From Octopus sinensis (taxonomy: Eukaryota), in NCBI RefSeq assembly GCF_006345805.1, contig NW_021825392.1, positions 1-15,779 on the forward strand: a stretch of DNA of 15,779 bases. The letters run 5' to 3'. This document shows, in pieces, positions 8,241 through 15,779 of this stretch (position 1 is its first letter; each line of letters starts with the position of its first letter). The notes beneath the pieces are model-generated. The model worked only from the letters and a program-made list of their open reading frames with translations, searched no databases and had not been told where the DNA came from. A program made the position numbers and the translations under genes.

Positions 8241-10723
8241 CAGAGGTGGGCACTGTTAATCGAAAAGTTAACTTCCTTAATTGCTAATCCGTTAACCAAA
8301 AAGTTAACTGCGTTAATCGTTAATTCTTTAAAAATGTGACGGAAATTAAAGTTAATCCATTAACTTTTATTGAAAAAAGACATAACTACAGTTCAATACT
8401 TCATCGATTTGTTGCCTCATTACTTCCAGAAAGATGGAGACTTTTTAACGAAACTTTCACCAAATAATCCAGTAGATTAAGTGTATGTAAAGATTTGTTG
8501 AAAAAATTTCCCGAGAGGTTGGGGAGAGAAGTTTCGAAAAATTCAGAGGACCCAACACTTTTTCCAAATAACTTTCTGGAAAATAGGTATTTTTAAATGG
8601 ACATTTTATACACATACCTTCCAAACGGCGAGGATTACGATTACAAAGAAATTTGCAGGCAAAACTTTTGGAAGAGGGGCAGAGGGGTTTCTGGAAAACG
8701 GCGTTTCGAAACAGACGGTCTACATAAGTTGGAATTTCTCCGTTTTGATGGGGAATTTTCCCACTGTTTTTCATTACGCACTTAAATTCCGTAAGAGAAA
8801 TATTTCCGGTTTACAAAAAATTAATAATTTCAGAGGAAAATGTGTGATTTAAAGGAGATCTGGCTGTTGTTTCTAGCACATCTCAAAACCTCTCTCCTCG
8901 TTTCTTTCTCACTCACACATCTATTGATAATTTTTAATATTTTTTCCCCATAAACAAAATTTATGGAACGATGACATCAAAGTAACACACGTGTAGTCCT
9001 AACCGTGCGAGGCCATGTTATATGTGTGTGTGTAAGAAAAAAAAAACACCCAAAAACATCGTTTAGTGTTCATATTAATCTGTCAAATGTAATGCTTATT
9101 TGTTCACGCTATTTTGAATTATTCAGTTTCACGAGGAGTATCCACAATATTTGTTTGTAACTTAGTAAATTTTTTACATAAAGATTTGAAATTTTGTCAG
9201 TGGGTGCTTTATATACCACTGGTTTATATTTATGGAATGTCAGCTGATCTTGCTGAGTAAATTTGACTTTTATGGGCAGGCAAATTTAATTAACAGGTGT
9301 AAAAGCAATAACATTATGGCTAAACACTAAATTTGAAATTCTTAATGCATCTTACCTGTTTGATTTGTTACTAAAATTATCCCAGATGGTAACCGACAAA
9401 AAGTTTGCTACTATTCAAGATGAGGTACATTCATTTGAATTAATTAAAATACAGGTATAATCCGTACAAGATTATTCTTTCGGTAAATATTTCGTACCTC
9501 GGTTTGGAATAATTTTTTTCTACAGTTATTTTCGGGTGCGTTCAAGGAATCTGACCTCCAAACCCACCGCAAGCTACTTTTTTTTCGGAAAAGAAAGGTG
9601 GGAGGGGTGGTGGGGATCGCGAACTTTCCCACCAAGGAAGTTTTTTTCCCCGGTTATTTTGCTTTCAACGAATGTGACATCTAAATCACGCGTAAACGGC
9701 TCCTTTTCCCAGAAAAGGAAATATTTGGCTGATATTTCTAACATACCTTGCTACCACGTAACAGCTATTTGCGTTCACACCGAAATATTTACCAACTTTT
9801 TTTCCTTCCATTTATTTTTTTCAATTTAGGGAAGTCAATATTTTCTCTCTTTCTCGGTTAATTTTTCTTTTCTCCCAGTTCTGTGCTTTCTAGAAGAAAA
9901 ACCCTCACATTACCTCAAAGCTACGAGAATTCACTAAAATGATTTGTTTATTTTTTTAATAAGATTTCGTAAAGGAATTAGATACAGCGGGTTTTGGTCA
10001 GCTTAAACACTAAGGGGTTAAAAAGTACCAAAACTATAAAATCAACTTTTTTGGCCATTTTGAGGGCTTTAGAACCCAAAAACTATTCTTGTTCTTTCTT
10101 TTTTTTTTTTTTTTTTTGGCTTTAGAGTTAAAAAATGCTGATTTTTACAGTTTTAAATTTCAAAGGACCTGAAAAAGTCTGATTTCATAGTTTTGGTCTC
10201 TTTTTAGGTTTTTAAAAGCTTTTAGAGCCATAAAAAGGTAAAAAAAAAAAAAACTCAGATGAAACACAATGCTAGTATTAAACTAAAAAAAGTTTATTGA
10301 TAAAGCGATAAAGCCCAAACAATTTTTTTTAACTGAAAAACATCATATATACATAATTCTCTCCGTGACACTGCGAGGTCACGGATCAAGCGGAGACACA
10401 TCCACCCCTGTTCCCTCTTGACATGACAAAGAAATTTCCCGCTGTCTTTGCAAGCAACAAGCGGGTGGGTTTGGTTTAAAATCCAGGCAAGGCCAAACAA
10501 GTTATTTATAATAATAAGTGGCGTTTTATCGGGATTGAAAGAATGACGCCTACAATATGAAAGCAACAGAAACTTTTAAAACTTTGCCGGTTTTTTTGAA
10601 ATTTTTGGGTTAACGGAAGTTAATTAGTCCGATAATGATTTTCAAAGTTAACTTTAAGTTTAAATCGTTAACGAAAATGTTAACTTCGTTAATAAACAAT
10701 TAACGAACTTACGTCTAGCTCTG
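8241..10723. mobile_element. About 2.5-kb decayed DNA transposon, hAT-like ends, inserted in (TA)n
   Basis: Imperfect terminal inverted repeat CAGAGGTGGGC (8241-8251) versus CAGAGCTAGAC (reverse complement of 10713-10723), 8/11 identical. Clusters of GTTAAC/GTTAAT at both ends (8255-8356 and 10609-10693). tatatata lies on both flanks. No intact transposase ORF; the superfamily is tentative. Confidence 0.55.
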
Positions 10724-10962
<239 letters not shown>

Positions 10963-11150
10963 GACAAGTTACAAAGAAGCAAAAAACTAAGGCGAGTGTG
11001 TACACAACAAACATATATTAGTTTAACGCTCGGGATGTGAGAAAGTCTTTTACGTTTCGAGCCTACGCTCTTCGACAGAAAGGAACACAGAAATAAACAG
11101 GGAGAGAAAATAGAAAAAGGTTTAGTGGCTAACGATCCAGTGTTAATAAC
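10963..11150 (-). mobile_element. Penelope-like pseudo-LTR fragment abutting a microsatellite
   Basis: Contains an HHR-like motif at 11047-11082 and runs directly into (GA)n/(AT)n. The right boundary is approximate. Confidence 0.6.
11047..11082 (-). ncRNA. Minimal type I hammerhead-like motif with variant core (CUGUCGA) and loop-less helix III
   Basis: Minus strand: CUUU-CUGUCGA-A-GAGC(GUAG)GCUC-GAAA-C-GUA-AAAG. Helix I is CUUU/AAAG and helix II is a perfect 4 bp. ACGU is self-complementary. A6 is replaced by U. Confidence 0.55.
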
Positions 11151-11799
11151 ATTTGTAAGAAGGTGCCTTATCCATTCACCAAAGTGAAAGGAGCCTTGGA
11201 CAGGAGGAACTGATGTCGTCAGACGGCATCGGATTGTAGTGGATGTGTGTGTGTATTAATAAATACATAAGTTGTTTCGTGATTAAACAGAGATTTATTT
11301 ACACTACATAAATTTTGTAAGCAATGCTACGCATTGCTTGCACATTGGTGGGTCAGCAGAGGTGGCCAAGTCACTGTTCCACATCTCCTCTTTCCTTCCA
11401 GGATAATAATCTAATTCTACACTTTATCACATTCAAGAATACTACCTTTCACCAGCACTGCGTGAACGACAGTGCTGTCTCTTCCTAGCGTGCAGCTTCC
11501 TATCTCGGACATGTTAGCAAGCGCTCGACAGCCAAACACCGCGTCGCTGGAACTGTGAAGTGTACAGTCCTATACAAGGATTTTTGTATTTTTTTAATAA
11601 ACTAAGGGATGGCTACTGACATTAAGCTTAAGGGTTATATAATGTACAAGTATAAAGAAAGAATTAAAGAAAAAAGGACTCATTATATTGAATGTTATCG
11701 ATGATATCGAGTGGAAATAGGGAGCGCTGCAGTTCCGCAGTGCCTATACCCTGGTCCCTACACAATCGTATGATTACCGATGCTGGTGTATTTATGTCA

Positions 11800-11890
11800 T
11801 CATAAGTCCTGGGGTCGATTTCTGCGACTATAACCCTTTAACGCGGTGCTCCAGCATGACCACATGAAACAAGCAAGAGAATAAAAAGAA
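11800..11890 (+). mobile_element. 3' fragment of a family-B SINE
   Basis: ataagtcctggggtcgattt...cgact...gcggtgctccagcatgaccaca...tgaaacaagcaagagaataaaaga matches 1497-1580. Confidence 0.75.
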
Positions 11891-11944
11891 TATATACACA
11901 CATACATACACATATCTGTAAATACATACACACACACACACACG

Positions 11945-12127
11945 CATCGAGCAAGGGGTGACACTGCTCGGTGGTCACTAGATCTGCTAAAAATAGCAGT
12001 CAAATTCCCTACAACTTTAAAAAGGAAGAGTGACATTAGATAATATAGTCCAATGTATATCATATCAGAAAAATAATGACCACGCGGTCATGGTGGGAAG
12101 GCTTTTGATCAAGGGCTAAACAATAAC
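11945..12127 (+). mobile_element. Fragment of a third SINE-like family ending in gggctaaacaa
   Basis: Shares ggcttttgatca...gggctaaa..caa with 12654-12715 and ctgcta(g/a)aaatag with 2392-2404. Confidence 0.55.
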
Positions 12128-12132
12128 ACATA

Positions 12133-12135
<3 letters not shown>

Positions 12136-12189
<54 letters not shown>
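12136..12189. repeat. (GT)n microsatellite
   Basis: Direct reading. Confidence 0.97.
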
Positions 12190-12193
<4 letters not shown>

Positions 12194-12624
12194 ACACATG
12201 AACAACAAACAAATACACTCGTCCGTAATAAACTGTTATTGTCCAGGTATGTTTTGTTGACAATAAACAAAACTTGTTTCCCTCAGAAGCTCAAACAGAT
12301 TTCACCGATCCTTTATGGCTGAACTGGGAAGGTTAAGTACTTTTACTAAATTTATTTTCCTTTTTTCTTTCGCCTCGCTTTTCAGCTTCAAACGGAACTC
12401 TGGCTGCATTTAGAGAAAAGACAAAACGCAAGGACAAAACACATTTTTAGTATTATTATATGTTTCTGTGTGAAAAGATCAATTACTTTGTTTTTTCGCG
12501 ATAAGAGACTTTAATCATTTATTATCAATCGATTTATGAATGAAAAATATGTTTCACCAACAACGATAGCGACTGAACTGAAGCGCTTTGTCGACTGAGT
12601 GACCGGAAGGAAAGATGGACAAGC

Positions 12625-12715
12625 ACGTGGTCAATGCTGGACTGGCTTTTGATCATAAGGTGTGTCTTCTCTATCAGGTCTGACCTGGGGCTAAAAAGAC
12701 AACAAACAATAACTG
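12625..12715 (+). mobile_element. Short 3' fragment of the same third SINE-like family
   Basis: tggtcaatgctggactggcttttgatcataagg...tctgacctggggctaaaaagacaacaaac shares its end with 12100-12127. Confidence 0.5.
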
Positions 12716-12879
12716 TTAGTACAATTACTGTTACTAATAGAATAGCAATAAAAATCGTTTGATGTCGCAAAAATAGAAAATGTTCCGCCGAAGAGAGATA
12801 ATAAATAGATAAGAGACTAAATGGAGGAGTGGAGTTATTTGGTGAATGGGGGAAACGACCCGAGAGAGGATGGGGGAAG

Positions 12880-13208
12880 AGTTGGGTGTGGAGGGGAAGA
12901 AAGAAGAGAGAAAGGAAGGCAGGAAAGAAGAACGAAAGAAAGGAAAGAAGAAATGAAGAGGATAAAGAAGAAAATAAAGAAAAGGAGAAAGAAAGAAACA
13001 AAGAAAGCCAGAAAGAAATAGAGTTGGGAAAGAGAAAAGGAAGGAAAGAGATTCAAGAAAAGACAAAAAGGAAATGGAAGAAAGGAATTGAAAATGAAAG
13101 AAAGAAGAAATAAGAAGGAAGAAGGAAGGAAGAAAAAAGGAAAGAGTATTAAAATGGGATAGAAGGGAAAGAAGAGAGAGAGAGAGAGAGAGAGAAAGGG
13201 AGAAACTC

Positions 13209-13239
<31 letters not shown>

Positions 13240-13265
13240 AAGAAAGAAAGAGAATGAAAATAGAA
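12880..13265. repeat. Purine-rich low-complexity tract (GAAA/GA repeats)
   Basis: Direct reading; it explains the K/E/R-rich and F/L/S-rich ORFs. Confidence 0.9.
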
Positions 13266-13371
13266 AGAGGTTTTCAATTGATTGCTAGAATCGTTATTTT
13301 GTCCGGGTCCTTTATGGTTTGAGTTCGATTCCCAACAAGAACTTTCCGGGAAGGGGATAAAGGAAATGTCA

Positions 13372-13751
13372 CTGAAATTTTAGCACAAGACCAGCAATTT
13401 CAGGGGAGAGGATAAGTCAATTACATCGACCCCAGTACGCAACTGGTACTTATTTTATCAATTCCGAAAGGATGAAAGTTGACCCCGGCGGCATTTGAAC
13501 GTAAAGACGGAAGAAATACCTATTTCTTTACTACCCACAAGGGGCTAAACACAGAGAGGACAAACAAGGCCAGACAAACGGATTAAGTCGATTATATCGA
13601 CCCCAGTGCGTAACTGGTCCTTAATTTATCGACCCCGAAAGGATGAAAGGCAAAGTCGACATCGGCGGAATTTGAACTCAGAACGTAACGGCAGACGAAA
13701 TACGGCTACGCATTTCGCCCGGCGTGCTAACCTTTCTGCCAGCTCGCCGCC
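13372..13751 (-). mobile_element. Composite SINE: full-length family-A copy (13517-13751) joined at its 3' end to the body of the older sister SINE (13372-13516)
   Basis: Minus strand: ggcggcgagctggcagaaagg head...aaagaaataggtatttcttccgtctttacgttcaaatgccgccgg...ctggggtcgatgtaattgacttatcc...gctggtcttgtgctaaaattt. Confidence 0.9.
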
Positions 13752-13794
13752 TGTCACTCAAATAAATAGGGGTTGTATCAAAGAATTCCCACTT

Positions 13795-13797
13795 GAA

Positions 13798-13832
<35 letters not shown>

Positions 13833-13833
13833 A
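13795..13833. repeat. (AAAT)n microsatellite
   Basis: Direct reading. Confidence 0.95.
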
Positions 13834-13873
13834 AAGAGGGAATTTCGTCAAGATAATAGGGGCGAAGTATTTA

Positions 13874-14063
13874 CTGTATTTGAAGGATAAAAGAAAAGCA
13901 CGGGCGTATTAGACGCACACCAGTTTCTACGCTGCACATTCAAGAAACAGTTTTTAGTGCATTAAAACTTATGGAAGACCAGAGTTTTAGTAAAGGATGC
14001 AGGGCGATTTTTTAAAGACAATTTTGGGGATAAAAAGTGTCCCTTAAATGCCGCCAGAGACGG
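13874..14063. mobile_element. Possible old pogo-type MITE
   Basis: TA on both flanks (13872-13873, 14064-14065). Degenerate ends ctgtatttg / gagacgg. The internal gcgtattagacgcac resembles the tataagacgcac motif of pogo-type ends. The TIR match is weak. Confidence 0.35.
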
Positions 14064-14339
14064 TAATTTGGTAGCTTTAGTTTGAAACCATGGCGAAGCT
14101 GAATTTTCTTGCCATGGATATAAAACCCAATTCAAAACTAGAATCAACGATACCTCAAGTCATTAAATATCGGTTTTATGTCTGCCTATTTTAACAATCA
14201 ATATTTTTACCATAAACAGATGCGTGGTTGCGGGGGGGGGGGGAGGTAAGGGACACCGATGCCACGATCGGCGGTGGATGGATTACTGTGTAATATTTAA
14301 TTACTAACTTCCACAGTTAGTGATCAGATACCTGTAGCG

Positions 14340-14460
14340 TCAAAATTGTCTTACATTCATCCTGGGCCGGTAAACGAAATAGACAGTTATACACTGGGGT
14401 CGATGTTAACCCTCCCACTCTCCAAATTTGTCGTTGTCTGCAAATGCTTAGAGAATCATT
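14340..14460 (+). mobile_element. Old diverged SINE body (family A or its sister)
   Basis: ttcatcct...cagttatacactggggtcgatgt...cctcccactctccaaattt. Confidence 0.55.
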
Positions 14461-14462
14461 TG

Positions 14463-14633
14463 TCAGGTATGGCTTCGTGGCGAAGAGCTTTGCTTTGCAA
14501 TCACGGAGTTTTTTTGTTCCGTTCTACTATGCTGCACGTAAGTACCTTATCTTCTACTGTAACCCTAGGCTGACTGGTACCTTGTAAGTGGATTTGATTC
14601 TCAGAAACAGTGTCACATTGTATAAGGCCGCCG
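14463..14633 (+). mobile_element. Diverged 5' half of a family-B SINE followed by (AT)n
   Basis: ggtatggcttcgtggcgaagagctttgc...tcttctactgtaacc...ccttgtaagtggatttg...aaggccgccgtatata parallels 1229-1390. Confidence 0.6.
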
Positions 14634-14683
14634 TATATATATATATATATATCATATATATATATATATATATATGTAGATAT

Positions 14684-15175
14684 ATAATTTACTTTACCAC
14701 ATACTGAAACTTTTAGAAATAGCAGCCAAAAAGTTTTTTTTAGCCATTTCTACTACTTTACTGCGGTTCTCACCGTTATAATCTGGTTACTCTATAACTC
14801 ACGTGGATGGAAGCGGGAAGAATACGAATCTTTATTCGTACTTTTTGAATTTGCTGGCACTGGCAGTTTGGAGATGATTTGTCTGAGGTGATTCATGTCG
14901 GACGGGTATGTTCAGTTTTTAGTGCTTTCAAATCCAAATTTAGAAATGTTGAGCTGACGAAAGAAATGTCGAGTTTTAATTCGACTAATCTAGGAACGTG
15001 AGCATTCTCAAATGATCTTTGTACATGTGATATTTTGCTGTTTTTCCCTCCATATCTACGTGAATTATTTTTGAGTAAACATATCTGGGAGACTTTTCTT
15101 ACAGTAGTACAAATGGCTAAAAAAACTTTTTGGCTGCTATTTCTAAAAGTTTCAGTATGTGGTAAAGTAAATTAT
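14684..15175. mobile_element. Fold-back/MITE-like element with about 65-bp terminal inverted repeats
   Basis: 14684-14749 is the reverse complement of 15111-15175 except for one base in the T8/A7 run. Similarity extends inward about 9 more bp with one mismatch. No convincing TSD. Confidence 0.75.
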
Positions 15176-15292
15176 TTTACTGAGCCCTAATTATATAACG
15201 TAATATTTTGAATATACCTTGAATGGTCCTTTTACATACTGAACACTACTTGGTGAAATTAATTAATAATTAATTGATTTTACCCTTTTTTA

Positions 15293-15340
15293 TTATATAT
15301 ATATATATATATTATATATATTATATATATATTATATATT
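15293..15340. repeat. (AT)n tract
   Basis: Direct reading. Confidence 0.9.
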
Positions 15341-15371
15341 AATCAAATAAGCAACAGGATATCCAGAGGTA

Positions 15372-15459
15372 ATGCAGTACGATCGTTTCACGCAACTCCA
15401 TTTAATTGAACAATGCAACCATTACATCAATTTAAATGTAGAGCAATCCTCAGCTGCAT
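15372..15459 (-). ncRNA. Type I hammerhead ribozyme (HHR-2), long helix II, palindromic helix III, GUA site
   Basis: Minus strand: AUGCAG-CUGAGGA-[57-nt irregular hairpin]-GAAA-C-GAUC-G-UA/CUGCAU. Helix I is a perfect 6 bp and all core nucleotides are present. ACGAUCGU is self-complementary. The first helix II pair is U-U, a possible decay. Confidence 0.8.
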
Positions 15460-15687
15460 AAATACATAGAATTAAATTGAATTAAAACAGATGGACACAT
15501 TAGTATAATTTTACCTAAAACCTCCAAGAAGGTAAGGAGATAGACAAAAAAGATGCTGTTTTCACTTCAGCTTAGAAGCTACTAAGGCATCAGGAAAAAA
15601 ACTTGTTAGAGATCTAGCTTGTTAAACAGGACAATTCACATTAAGGCAAGGCAAACATCTCAAGTCGTATACAGGAAGAAATTCAAA

Positions 15688-15743
15688 ATCTTACAGCTGT
15701 TTCCGGGATATCTCCGAATATGGGATATTCCGTCATCAGAGAC
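15688..15743 (-). ncRNA. Type I hammerhead ribozyme (HHR-1), palindromic helix III, GUA site
   Basis: Minus strand: GUCU-CUGAUGA-CGGAAUAUC...GAUAUCCCG-GAAA-C-AGCU-G-UA/AGAU. Helix I is 4 bp including one G-U, and helix II pairs 8 of 9 positions. ACAGCUGU is self-complementary. Pair 10.1-11.1 is C-G rather than the usual G-C. Confidence 0.8.
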
Positions 15744-15779
15744 AAATGGGGGGAGGAACAGGGAAAATGAGAATGGCAT

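Larger units (their letters stand above)
15341..15779 (-). mobile_element. Penelope-like or retrozyme-like element carrying two hammerheads; ends in (AT)n and continues beyond the window
   Basis: Two HHR motifs on the same strand, a 3' end abutting (AT)n, and a 48-bp block homologous to 8046-8093. Confidence 0.65.

Noticed and set aside
8457-8785. ORFs inside the hAT-like element as an intact transposase
   Set aside because: Short, with only faint and out-of-order motif hints; not supportable as a CDS.
12534-13113. Overlapping K/E/R-rich and F/L/S-rich ORFs up to 155 aa
   Set aside because: Produced by the purine-rich low-complexity tract on both strands; no domain-like sequence.
14951-14973. 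CUGACGA-AA-GAAAUGUC on the plus strand
   Set aside because: No helix II and no helix I complementarity.
15552-15593. Possible third hammerhead between the two (CUGAUGC...GAAAACAGCAUC, minus strand)
   Set aside because: A9 is altered, helix III is unpaired and there is no helix I.

Overview
Eukaryotic, repeat-saturated, non-coding window. It is most likely from an octopus (coleoid cephalopod) genome; this is inferred from recognisable tRNA-headed SINE families and very long (AT)n/(AC)n/(GA)n tracts. I find no intact protein-coding gene: nearly all listed ORFs are microsatellite or low-complexity read-throughs. The window holds two Tigger/pogo DNA-transposon remnants, many SINE copies (tandem, nested and split), a TA-flanked hAT-like element, a fold-back element with long inverted repeats, and several microsatellite-flanked fragments carrying minimal type I hammerhead ribozyme (HHR) motifs of the kind known from Penelope-like elements (PLEs). 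The strongest signal is at the right end: two different, essentially complete hammerheads in series on the minus strand (15688-15743 and 15372-15459), with predicted GUA cleavage sites 314 nt apart, suggesting a retrozyme-like RNA-release unit. A variant-core HHR lies at 11047-11082. A 128-bp-arm palindrome centred in an HHR core lies at 3284-3546. All structures were folded by eye and none is experimentally tested.
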